64,000 nucleotides of DNA, taken from assembly GCF_009914755.1 (NCBI RefSeq), contig NC_060932.1, one strand, 5' to 3'. The stretch comes from the human T2T-CHM13v2.0 reference genome, Homo sapiens. Both the position numbers and the translations under genes were made by a program. This document shows positions 13,943 through 25,650 of this stretch, one piece after another; positions within the stretch are counted from its first letter, which is position 1, and every line of letters begins with the position of its first letter. The notes beneath the pieces are model-generated. The model ran no database searches. It saw only the letters and a list, made by a program, of their open reading frames with translations, and was not told where the DNA came from.

Positions 13943-15022
13943 ATGAGGAAAAACCAGTGCAAAAAGGCTGAAAATTCCAAAATGCAGAATGCCTCTTCTC
14001 CTCCAAAGGATCACAACTCCTCACCAGCAAGGGAACAAAACTGAACTGAGAATGAGCTTGACGAATTGACAGAAGTAGGCCTCAGAAGGTGGGTAATAAC
14101 AAACACCTCCAAGCTAAAAGAGCATGTTCTAACCCAATGCAAGGAAGCTAAGAACCTTGAAAAAAAGGTTAGAGAAATTGCTAACTAGAATAACCAGTTT
14201 AGAGAAGAATATAAATGACCTGATGGAGCTGAAAAACACGTGAGAACTTCGTGAAGCATACACAAGTATCAAGTGTGGCATACACAAGTATTCATGAATA
14301 TTTCGTGAAGCATACACAAGTATTCGTGAAGCCGAATTGATCAAGTGAAAGAAAGGATATCAGAGTTTAAAGATCAACTTAATGAAATAAAGCATGAAGA
14401 CAAGATTAGAGAAAAAAGAATAAAAAGGAATGAACAAAGCCTCCAAGAAACATGGGACTATGTGAAAAGACCAAACCTATGTTTGATTGGCATACCTGAA
14501 AGTGATGGGGAGAATGGAACCAAGTTGGAAATCACTCTTCAGGATATTATCCAGGAGAACTTCCCCAACCTAGCAAGACTGGCCAACATTCAAATTCAGG
14601 AAATACTGAGAACACAACAAATTTACTCCTCGAGAAGAGCTACCCCAAGACACATAATTGTCAGATTCACCAAGGTTGAAATGAAGGAAAAAATGTTAAG
14701 AGCAGTCAGAGAGAAAGGCCAGGTTACCCATAAAGCGAAGCCCATCAGACTAACAGCAGATCTCTCGGGAGAAACCCTACAAACCAGAAGAGAGTGGGGG
14801 CCAATATTCAACATTCTTAAAGAAAAAAATTTTCAACCCAGATTTTCATGTCCAGCCAAACTAAGCTTCATAAGTGAAGGAGAAATAAAATCATTTACAG
14901 ACAAGCTAATGCTAAGATAGTCTGTCACCACCAGGCCTGCCTTACAAGAACTCCTGAAGGAAGCACTAAATATGGAAAGGAAAATCTGGTACCAGCCACT
15001 GCAAAAACATACCAAATTGTAA
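13943..15022 (+). pseudogene. Disrupted L1 ORF1p (RNA-binding chaperone)
   Basis: ATG at 13943. Track ORF 14345-14920 (RNEQSLQETWDYVKRPNL...REWGPIFNILKEKNFQPR) is ORF1p. Stops and an insertion disrupt the frame. Confidence 0.9.
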
Positions 15023-15085
15023 AGACCATTGACACTATGAAGAAACTGCATCAACTAACGGGCAAAATAACCAGCTAGCATCATA

Positions 15086-16985
15086 ATGACAGGATCAAAA
15101 AATTCACACATAACAATATTAACCTTAAATGTAAATGGGCTAAACACCCCAACCAGACTGGCAAATTAGACCCATTGGTGTGCTGTATTCAGGAGACCAA
15201 TCTCATGTGCAAAGACAAACATAGGCTCAAAATAGAGGGATGGAGGAAGATTTACCATGCAAATGGAAAGAAAAAAATAAAAAGCAGGGATTGCAATCCT
15301 AGTCTCTGATAAAACAGAAAAGTCTCTGATAAAACAGAAAACTAACACAGATAAAAAAAGACAAAGAAGGGCATTACATAATGGTAAAGGGATCAATGCA
15401 AAAAGAAGAGCTAACTATCCTAAATATACATGCGCCCAACACGGGAGCACCTAGATTCATAAAGCACGCTCTTAGAGACCTACAAAGAGACTTAGACTAC
15501 CACACATAATAGTGGGAGACTTTAAAACCCCACTGTCAATATTAGACAGATCAACAAGACAGAAAACAAGGATATTCAGGACTTGAACTCAGCTCTGGAC
15601 CAAGTGGACCTAATAGGCATCTACAGAACTCTCCACCCCAAATCAACAGAATATACATTCTTTTCAGCACGACATGGCACTTATTCTAAAATTGACCACA
15701 TAATTGGAAGTAAACACTCCTCAGCAAATGCAAAAGAATGAAAATCATAACAAACAGTCTCTCAGACCACAGTGCAATCAAATTAGAACTCAAGATTAAG
15801 AAACTCACTCAAAACCGCACACCTACATGGAAACTGAACAACTTGCTTCTGAATGACTACTGGGTAAATAATGATATTAAGGCAGAAATAATTAAGTTTT
15901 TTGAAACCAAAGAGAACAAAGACACAATGTACCAGAATCTCTGGGACACATATAAAGCATAGTTTAGAGGGAAATTTATAGTACTAAACGCCCACAGGAG
16001 AAAGCAGGAAAGATCTAAAACCGACACCCTAACATCACTATTAAAGGAACTAGAGAAGCAAGAGCAAACAAATTCAAAAGCTAGCAGAAGACAAGAAATA
16101 ACTAAGGTCAGAGCAAAACTGAAGGAGATAGAGACATGAAAAACCCTTCAAAATAACAATGAATTCAGGAGCTGGTTTTTTGAAAAAGATTAACAAAATA
16201 GATAGACTGCTAGCCAGACTAATAAAGATGAAAAGAGAGAAGAATCAAACAGACACAATAAAAACTAATGAAGGGGAAATCACCACTGAACCCAAAGAAA
16301 TACAAACTACCATCAGAGAATACTATAAACAGCTCTATACAAATAAACTAGGAAATCTAGAAGAAATGGATAAATTCCTGGACACATACACCCTCCCAAG
16401 ACTAAACCAGGAAGAATTCTAATCCCTGAATAGGCCAATAACAAGTTCTAAAATTGAGGCAGTAATTAATAGCCTATCAACCAAAAAAAGCCCAGGACAA
16501 GATGGATTGACAGCCAAATTCTACCAGAGGTACAAAGAAGAGCTGGTACCATTCCTTCTGAAACTGTTCCAAGCAATAGTAAAAGAGGGACTTCTCCCTA
16601 ACTCATTTATGAGGCCAGCATCATCCTGATACCAAAACCTGGTAGAGACACAACCAAAAAAAGAGAATTTCAGGCCAATATGCCTGATGAACATCAATGC
16701 AAAAATCCTCAATAAAACACTGGCAAACCGAATCCAGCAACACATCAAAAAGCTTATCCACTGTGATCAAGTCGGCTTCATCCCTGGGATGCAAGGCTGG
16801 TTCAACATATGCAAATCAATAAACGTAATCCATCACATAAGCAGAACCAATGACAAAAACCACATGATTATGTCAATAGATGCAAAAAAGGCCTTCAATA
16901 AAATTCAACACTCCTTCATGCTAAAAACTCTCAATAAACTAGGTATTGATGGAATGTATCTCAAAATAGTAAGAGCTATTTATGA
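15086..16985 (+). pseudogene. Disrupted, truncated L1 ORF2p (endonuclease and start of RT)
   Basis: ATGACAGGATCA start. Fragments [30 protein letters not shown] and NINAKILNK...[15 protein letters not shown]. Multiple stops and frameshifts. Confidence 0.9.
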
Positions 16986-17118
16986 TATAGCTCTTACCAT
17001 TTACTCAGTTTCACAGGGTAATATCACTGTGGGGATGGGGGCATTCAGCTATTGTGTTTCATTGCCTCCCAGGTGTACCCACAGAGACTATGATTTGCTT
17101 TAGCCAATGCCTCCCCCT

Positions 17119-17318
17119 TGCAACTGGAGCAAAAGGAAGATGTCACCAGTAATTTCACTAATGTCCTTTTACTGTTCCAAGTTCCAACCCACATTGCATT
17201 TGGTATTCACATGCCCCTAGTCTCCTCCAATCTATGATCATCTTTCCTTAATTTCTCCTTGTTTTCCACGACCTTGACACTTTGAAAGAATCCTGGGCAG
17301 TTGCTTTGTAGAATATCT
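17119..17318 (-). repeat. Inverted near-identical copy of 10933-11120
   Basis: Base-by-base comparison gives 185/188 aligned identities plus the 12-bp insert GCAAAAGGAAGA at 17129-17140. Confidence 0.95.
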
Positions 17319-17428
17319 GGGTTTGAACCATGTTGCCCAGGCTGCTATGGAACTCCTGGGTTAAAGGGATCCACTTGCCTTGGCCTCCCAAAGTGCGGGG
17401 ATTATAGACATGGCCAGCACACCCAGTC
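17319..17428 (-). mobile_element. Alu left-arm fragment (J/FLAM-like), cut at the rearrangement junction
   Basis: GGGTTTGAACCATGTTGCCCAGGCTG...GCCTCCCAAAGTGCGGGGATTA. The 3' part of the Alu is missing. Confidence 0.85.
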
Positions 17429-17456
17429 TTATATGTAACTTTAAAGTGAAATTATA

Positions 17457-20033
17457 GACCAGGCCTGGTGGTTTATACCTGTATTCCCAGCCCTTTGGGA
17501 AGCTGAGGCTAGAGGATCACTTGAGCCTGAGAGAGAGAGTTCCAGACCAACCTGGGAAATGTGGCAAGACCTTGTCTCTATAAAAATCTTTTTTAAAAAT
17601 TAGCAGGGTGTGGTGGTGTGTGCTTATAGTCTTTATTAGTCCTTTGTCATACTGCTATAAAGAATTACCTGAGACTGGGTAATTTATAAAAGAAAGAGGC
17701 TTAATTAACTCACAGTTCCACAGGCTGTACAGGAAGCATGGCTGAGAGGCCTTAGGAAACTTACAATAATGGTGGAAGGCAAAGGGAAAGCAAGCATGTC
17801 TTACCATGGTAAAGCAAGACAGAGAGAGAGAGAGAAGGGGGAGTTTCCACACACTTTTAAATGATCAGGTCTCCTGAGAATTAGCTCACTATCACCAGAA
17901 TAGCAAGAAGGAAATCTGCTCCCATGATCCAATCACCTCTCACCAGGCCCCTCCTCAGACATATGGTGATTACAATTTGAGATGAGATTTGGGTGGGGAC
18001 ACAGAACCAAACCATATCATTCTGCCCCAGCCCCTCCCAAATCTCATGTCCTTCTCACATTTCAAAACTAATCATGCCTTCTAAACAGATCCAAAAGTCT
18101 TAACTCATTCCAGTATTAACTCAAAAGTTCTAGTCCAAAGCCCCATGTGAAACAAGGCAAGACCTTTCCACCTATAAGCCTGTAAAATAAAAAACAATTT
18201 AGTTAGTTCCAAGGTACAATGGGGGTACAGCATTGGGTAAATGCTCCCATTCCAAAAGGGAGAAATTGGCCAAAACAAAGGGTGTACAGGCCCCATGCAA
18301 GTCCAAAACCCAGCAAGGCAGTCATTAAATGTTAAAGCTCCAAAATAATCTCTTTTGACTCTATGTCTCACATCCAGGGCATGCTGATGCAAGGGGTGAG
18401 CTCACAAGGATTTGGGCACCTTTGCTCCTGTGGCTCTGCAGGATACAGCCACCACGGCTGTTTTCATAGGCTGGCATTGAGTGTCTGCAGCCTTTTCAGA
18501 ACATAGTGCCCCAGTAGGGATGCTGTGTGGGGGCTCCAACCCCACATATCCCCTCCACACTGCCCTAGTAGAGGTTCTCCATGAGGGCTCCGCCCCAGCA
18601 GCAGACTTTTGCATGGATATCCAGGCCTTTCCATACATCCTCTGATATCTAGGTGGAGGCTTCCAAGCCTCAACTCTTAATTTCTGCACATCTGCAGGCC
18701 CAACACCAAGTGGAAGCTACCAAGGCTTGGGACTTGCATCCTCTGAAGCAATGGCCCAATTTATATCTTGGCCGCTTTTAGCCAAGGCTGAAGCTGGAGT
18801 GGCTGGGAATGTCTCGAGGCTGCAGAAAGTGGCACGGTCCTGGTCTTGGCCCATGAAACCATTTGTTTCTCCTACGCTTCCAGGTCTGTGATGGGACAGG
18901 CTGTGGTGAAGATCTCTGATATGCCCTGGAGACTTTTTCCCCATTTTCTCAGCTATTAACATTTGGCTCCTCATCACTGATGCCAATTTCTGCAACCAGC
19001 TTTAATTTCTCCCCAGAAAATGAGTTTTCCTTTTCTAGATATAAGTTCCAACTTCAGACCATCTCTTTCTTCATGCATATTACTGTACACTTTAGAAACA
19101 ACCAGATCAATTTTTGAATGCTTTGCTGATTAGAAACCTCTTCTACCAGATACCCCAAATCATCTCTCTCAAGTTCAAAGTTCCACAGATCTCTAGGTCA
19201 GGGGCACAATGCTGCCAGTCTGTTTGCTAAAGCATAGCAAGAGCGACATTTACTCCGGCTCCCGATAAGTTCCTCATCTCCATCTGAGACCTCTTCAGCC
19301 TGGACTTCACTGTTCATATCACTATCAGCATTTTGGTCAAAACCATTCAATAAGTTGCTAGGAAGTTCCAAACTTTCCCACATCTTCCTATTTTCTTCTG
19401 AGCCCCCTACTGTTCCAAACTCCACCTGTTACCCAGTTCTAAACCTGCTTCCATATTTTCAGGTGTCTTTATGGCAATGCCCCACTCTCCCAGTACCAAT
19501 TTTCTATATAAGTTCATTCTCACACTGCTATAAAGTGGGTAATTTATCAATGAATGAGGTTTAATTGACTCACAGTTCCACAGGCTGTACAGGAAGCATG
19601 GCTGAGAGGCCTTAGGAAACATACAATCATGGCAGAAGGTGAGAAGGAAGCAAGCACATCTTACCATGGCAAAGAAGGACAGACAGAGAGAAGCAGGAGG
19701 TGCCACACACATTTAAATGATCAGATCTTGTGAGATATCACTCTATCATGAGAACAGCAAGGACGAAATTTTCCCCCATAATGGAATCATATCTCACCAG
19801 GCCTCTTCTTCAACACACGACAATTACAATTTGAGATGAGATTTGGGTGGGGACCTAGAGCCAAACCATATCATAGTCCTAGGTACTTGGGAGGCTGAGA
19901 AAGGAGGAGCCTAGCTACTCGGGTGGCTGAAGAAGGAGGATCACTTGAGCCCAGGAGTTCAAGGTTGCAGTGAGCCCTGTACTCCAGCCTGGGTGACAGG
20001 GCAAGACACTGTCTTAAAGAAAAAAAGAAAAAC
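17457..20033 (+). mobile_element. AluJ split by a MaLR provirus (17457-17631 and 19874-20033)
   Basis: Left arm and start of right arm run to TAGTC, and the Alu resumes at TAGTCCTAGGTACTTGGGAGG. Approximate TSD AAAGTGAAATTATA / AAAGTAATTATA. Confidence 0.88.
17632..19873 (-). mobile_element. Full-length MaLR provirus (MSTA/THE1D-like): LTR 17632-18019, internal 18020-19504, LTR 19505-19873
   Basis: Two similar LTRs, each ending CCAAACCATATCA on the + strand. MaLR-internal ORF remnants (MWESLELP...NGFDQNADSDM). Perfect 5-bp TSD TAGTC (17627-17631 / 19874-19878). Confidence 0.92.
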
Positions 20034-21988
20034 AAAAGTAATTATAAAGTAAAACTCTGTGTTCCCCCAGAGAAGTTACAAAACAAATTTTTAACAGGAT
20101 CTTAGAAATACCCTGTGAGCCCTTTCACTGAAATCTTGTCTCTCCCTTCTTAGGTAACTCCTGCTACCCTATGCACCGACTATTTCTTATCCCTAAACAA
20201 TGTATTATTGACTTTCAAAATCAGTATCAGCAACAACCTAGCTTTGTAAGGAAAGAGCAATCTTGGCACTGTAAATGAAGACTCCCAGGGGAAGAGAGGC
20301 AGAAAAGTACCTGGTCTTGCTTCATCTCACCTGAGGTCTGTAAGAGCCCCTTCTGAGAAGGGACCCGAGTGAATTCTGGGAAGTGTAGGACTCACTAGAG
20401 CTCAGGCATGTGGCAGAATTACATACAGGTCAGGAAGTAGCTGTGCAATCGAAATGTATTCAAGGTGTGAGCTGCTCAGTTTTTGCTGCTACATTTTTAC
20501 CATGTTGTATCACTCATTGTCAAGAGGAGGCCAGAACAGAAGACAACTGTGCAGCAAAATGAGTGTCTTCATGTAGCAAAGTATAGAGGACCAAGAACAG
20601 CTTCTTCAGCGGATGGCCAAGACATGCCAAGTACGGATAAGACTCTGAGCCAGGTAATGTGAGCCCTTCTCTCTCCTCTTGCAGATACTGCTTTCAAGTT
20701 AAACCTAAAGGAATTGGCATGGAGATCTTTGAAAAACAACCTTGGACATGTTGAGTTGCATGACCCCTTAGTCCCTTGCTGTCATTTCTTGCTTCTTCCT
20801 GAAGACAAGACTGTTAATGGCATGCTAGATAAATCCTAGACATGTACCCAGGAAAAAATAAAAAACAAAGGAAATGCTACCTCATCAAAGAAAACCACTT
20901 GGGTGAAGGCCTGTGTTAAAAGGCCCCGGTGGGGACAGCAGCATACCAAGATCATGGGAGGCATAGGAATGCCAGGCCAGGTGCCAGAGTGGTACCTTGC
21001 ACCAACCACCCCCTTTTGCTGTTGACTCTGCTTGTTTTCTCTGTAGCTAAATAAATGAAAGCAGAATATAAGTGATCGCTTTAGTTTTTCCCTCTTCTCA
21101 ATAATAACAAAATCCTATTTTCTAAATGGAAGTGCATCACAAGCTTTCGCAGAGAAGGGAGTAGCCAAAGGAAATTTCAGACAGTTGGAAAATAAACTCT
21201 TGCCCTACAGTGCCTGGAGTTTTAGCAAAGGCAGAATCATCCCTCTTTGTTTCCTCCTTGTTGTCCTTTAATCCATGATAACACTCCCAATCCAAGGTGA
21301 GAGATGTAAACGCAGAGCCAGAGCACGCTCTTGGAGAATTAGTTCTGTTCATATGGAGAAATCTGAAAGGCATCATTCTTTTCTAGCAGCAGAGCCAGCG
21401 TGACAAGGAAAAGCTTGGCTGCTGCATTTGGAATGTGTGTCTAAAGCTTGTTTTCCATTCAGTGCCACAATTGCAAGGGGCCAAAAAGTGTTTCAGCAAG
21501 GTAAATGCATGCTCTGGACCTTGGAAAAGGCTTCTGAACTCATCCCAGGTGAAAACAGAAGCAAAATGAGGAAGGATTTTTTTTTGTTTGTTTTTAAGTG
21601 GTTTGAAGCCGTTTATTCTTCACCTAACATAAGGAAAGTAAATTAATTATACCAGTATTAATTGGAGGGTGTTAGTTTCCTATAGAATTTGCAAAATCTA
21701 TATTATGGAACTGGTGAAAGATGCTAAAAGTTAGGTGAGAAGGGATTTTTGTGGTTAATTGCACTCACCAAACGAGGGTAAAATAAGTTAATCACTAACT
21801 TTCTATTAATCATGATACTAAAATTACTAGACATTCTAATCTTCATCTATGGTAGTTAATGGATTATTTACTGTATGTCTGTGGACAAATGTGAAAGTAG
21901 TTCATACTCCGTTTTCTCATTAAATATCAAAATTATTATTTATTTGGATACTGTATCTTTATTTCCAGAGGGAAATATGCATTTTAAA

Positions 21989-22004
21989 CCACAAGAGGGC
22001 AGTA
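21989..22004 (+). promoter_or_regulatory. Candidate CTCF site
   Basis: CCACAAGAGGGCAGTA closely matches the CTCF core in AT-rich, non-repeat DNA. Motif only; binding is not shown. Confidence 0.5.
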
Positions 22005-22527
22005 GCATTACATTTTGAATTAAATGCCTCTTCTGAAGCTCAATATTGGGTCTAAAACTATAATTACAGTGTAACAATTACATGTCTTTTTCTGAATAGT
22101 TCTTATTAATTCTGTTGGTGTTTTATGAGTAAAGTTTTATAGTAAGTTCCTGTGACTGTGGTTTGTTAGAAATGAGACTACTTTCAAAGAAAACTGCAAG
22201 AAGATAATTTTAATGAGTGAATTAAAGTGCCTCCTGAGGATGATTTTCTCAAAAGTTGTTTAAACTTTACTTTAAATATCACATTATTAAAATTATACAA
22301 GTGATTTTTTCAATTATATTAACAGCTAGTATAGAAAATAAGTATAATTAGCAATGGATAAAACTTCATGGTTTAGATGTATGCATTTTAAAAACTAGAC
22401 GTTATTTAAAGAAGAAACTTATGATGAGCAACCCAAATTTAATGTAAAAAATAATTAAATATTTTTCCTCTGCTGAATCTACATTTTTCCATATTCAGGA
22501 TGTAAAAAATTTCAGTTGTTTTATTTA

Positions 22528-22543
22528 GCCACCAGGTGGTGCT
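22528..22543 (+). promoter_or_regulatory. Candidate CTCF site
   Basis: GCCACCAGGTGGTGCT is the consensus CCACCAGGTGGCGCT with one CpG>TpG change. Confidence 0.4.
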
Positions 22544-23939
22544 GCCTATTTAAACAATGAAGTAGAGAAAAATGATCTAAGAATACATGTTCAAAGCATA
22601 TTTATATATTCACCAGATTTTTTGAATGTATAAATTGAGTTTAATTTCTGTGAGGCAGGCCTTTCAAAAAATACATTAGAAAGTCCAGGGGAGGAAAATG
22701 CACTCTCTGGAACAGCTACTTTACAGAACTACATGAAATTCATGAAATTTATCTAATGGTGAAATTTAAACATAGGTAGTAACCTTTTCACAAAAGAATA
22801 AAATGGCCTAGTCTAATAAAATCTCAGTGCATGAGAGCTACTTATTTTTATCCATGAAATTGTTTCTTTTGTTTTGCAGGCAATGAAAAACAATTGCATT
22901 TCATTACTTTTCACATTGATTAAAGGTAAAAGAAAATTTTTCCCTATTCAACAAAACATGGATAAATCAAATAAATTGCATTTAATCTGTGTTATCTGTA
23001 GATGCTGAAGTAATTATATGTGTGGAAAAGTCAAACGTCATCCATATTCATTCATTCACCAAAAATAGGTTCATTTACATTTAGGTGGGGATAAATAACA
23101 TGACTATAGATTTTCTGCTATAGCATGAATGCATTTGGAATGTGTTTACCTTTCCTAAAGAAATCTGTTTCACAATGGTTAACTTTTATATAATTGATCA
23201 AACCATGACAACATTATGAAATATGACAAAGATGAACACAATTATAGGCTTATACACTGTAGTGAAACTAATTTAGAGGAAAAGGAACAATTAACATTTA
23301 CTGGCTTCCGCAGAGACAGTAAGAATGTTTCATTTCTTTAATTTAATCCTCACAATAACCATTTGAGGTATTATTACTTCCAATCTCAGCTTTGTATAGA
23401 AACCAGACATTTAATTCTGTTTTGACCCTGGAAACCGTACTCTTTCTTCTAATGTTGATAAAATCAAGAGGAAGACAGGAGTGCCACAAATGCACTCTCC
23501 CATGCCTGATGCTGAGATTGCTAAATGATCCTCAACTTTTTGCTTCTGGACCCACAGGGAGCCTCAGACTCCTCAACTCAGCTTTCCAGGCAGCCACCAC
23601 CAATCAGTAGTAGACAGTCATGCAGATATTCGCTATCCTGGCTTTTGTAGTCATGTCGCTTAAGCAGAAGCTCTCTTTTCTGAAAGTATTTAGGAGGTTC
23701 TAGAAATAATAATCAGCTATAGAATGTTAAGTGTTAACAGGAGGTTGAGATACTTGATTTTAGTTAATGAAGACGTAGAATAATTCATATTTATTTGTAG
23801 GTGTTATATTGGCACTGAGCAAACACCTGAATTTTTTCCTAAGTTTCATTAATTTCCTGAATAGGAATAGATAGGCCCTGAAACATGTTGTTAATTCTTG
23901 AACTTTTAATTATCCAATAAAACAAAATAGTAATAAAAT

Positions 23940-24070
23940 AATAACTAATATAACTAACAACTTAGTCCATGTGACCTACTGTTCTAAGTACTTTTCATGT
24001 GTCCTCACAACAACTCTGTGAGGTACTTATTATTTGCATACCCATTTTATAGATAAAGAAATAAAGGCAA
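23940..24070 (-). mobile_element. MIR fragment
   Basis: CCTCACAACAACTCTGTGAGGTAC...CCCATTTTATAGATAAAGAAA. Confidence 0.75.
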
Positions 24071-24751
24071 TAATTTATACATCAGTAACTCCACAAATCT
24101 AGGAATTGTGTGACACCTATTGGGTCAAAAAATGTGGGTTTGTAGCTGAGAAAGAATAAATTAGTAATTGGCACACTTTTTACTCTAATTTGAATGAGTC
24201 AAGATCAGCAAATGACCCAGAGAAAAACAGAGAAAGCTGTCCAAGGCTGTGGTCCTCCAAACACTTTTTTCTACTTTATTTTGTGATGCTAGCTAGGGCT
24301 GGCACTGCAGAAACCAATTTTTGCTTTACCAGCTGCTTCTACAAGGCTCTACCAATAGGGGGTGCCAGAGGCTGAAGGAGGCTGAAGGACTTGCAGATTC
24401 TGTGGGTTTGCCGCTCCTATGATAATTACTCCTATAAGATGTCACTCTAGCAGGGGCAGTTGCTTCTTGTAGCAGCACCTGGGCACCGTTTGTAGTTTGC
24501 TCAATGTTTGCAGTTTTTTGCACGCTTGCAGAAGTAGCCTCGTTGAGCCCTCCGTCAGAGACACTAGGACCACCTGAGCATAAATGCCCCTGTCCCAGGT
24601 GTCTGGGTTTCAGCTCCTTGAAGCCGTTTTTCCAAGTTTCTATGATTTGATCATTTTAGCCACATCCCTTTGCTCCTGCAGCGCTGGAGGTGGTAGCTCT
24701 TTCTACAGTTACTACCTCTGTGAAAACATTTTGCTTTTTAGGTTACCTAAA

Positions 24752-25650
24752 ATTATGGGTTGAATTGTGGACACCTGTATTAGTCTGCTTTCACACTACT
24801 GTAAATACCTGAGACTGGGTAATTTATAAAGGAAAGAGGTTTACTCATAGTTGTTGACTCACGGTTCTACATGACTGGGGAGGCCTCAGGAAACTTACAG
24901 TCATGGCGGAAGACAAAAGAGAAGCAAATATCTTCTTCACAAGGCAGTAAGAAAAAGAGAGCAAGCAGGGGAAACCTCCACTTATAAAACCATCAGATCT
25001 CACGGGAACTCACTCATTATCATGAGAACAGCATGAGGAAAACTGCCCCCATGATCTAATCCCCTCCACTAGGTCCCTCCCTTGACATGTGGGGATTACA
25101 GTTCAAGATGAGATTTGGGTGGAGACACTGAGCCTAAACCATGTCAGCCCCACAAAATCTCCATGTTCTAACTCCTCAGTACCTGTAAATGTGACCTTAT
25201 TTGGAATAGGGTCTTTGCAGATGAGATAATTAGGTGGACTCTAATCCAATAAGATTGTGTACTTATAAAAAGGAGAAACTGGGACAGACATGCACACAGG
25301 GGGAATGCCATGTGAAGAATGAAGGCAGAGATCAGGGTGACATACTACAAGCCAAGGAGTGCCAAAGACTGCATCAAACCACCAAAAGCTAGGAAAGATG
25401 CATGAAGCAGATTCTCCCTCCCAACCCTCAGAAGGAAGAAATACTGCTGAAATACTGCAAGAAATACTCCTTGATCTCAAACTTCTAGCTTCCAGAACTA
25501 TTATTGATTTATTGTGAATAGATTTTGCTTTACTTATTTTTTTAACAAATATTTTTTCAAAAAGAAATTTATTTATAACCAATTGATTTCTGTTGTTTGA
25601 GGCACCTAGTTTATCAAACTATGTTATGCCAGCCCCAGAAAACAAATATA
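24752..25650 (+). mobile_element. MLT1B/C MaLR LTR, interrupted by THE1
   Basis: TTATGGGTTGAATTGTG start, GTGACCTTATTTGGAATAGGGTCTTTGCAGATG, and end CCCAGAAAACAAATATA. Confidence 0.85.
24776..25146 (-). mobile_element. THE1D-like solo LTR
   Basis: TGTATTAGTC...TACCTGAGACTGGGTAATTTATAAAGGAAAGAGG...AAACCATGTCA. Confidence 0.9.

Larger units (their letters stand above)
12601..16985 (+). mobile_element. L1PA7/8-like LINE-1 with intact 5'UTR, 3'-truncated within ORF2
   Basis: 5' end GGCTGGCAAGATGGCCGAATAGGAACAGCTCCGG, then 5'UTR, ORF1, and ORF2 EN and early RT. Homology stops abruptly at AGAGCTATTTATGA (16985), with no 3'UTR or poly(A). Confidence 0.93.

Noticed and set aside
14248-14331. Spaced short direct repeats resembling a CRISPR array
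   Set aside because: Primate L1 context, irregular spacers derived from the same sequence, and no cas genes.
14345-14920. 191-aa ORF, the longest in the window, as a functional gene
   Set aside because: Internal fragment of L1 ORF1 bounded by stops, in a dead and truncated element.
16687-17103. Chimeric ORF fusing L1 RT to novel sequence
   Set aside because: Read-through across the rearrangement junction, with no evidence of expression or selection.
20520-22930. Isolated strong splice-like signals (donor ~20653, acceptors ~20684 and ~22879)
   Set aside because: They do not assemble into a consistent exon chain or reading frame from sequence alone.
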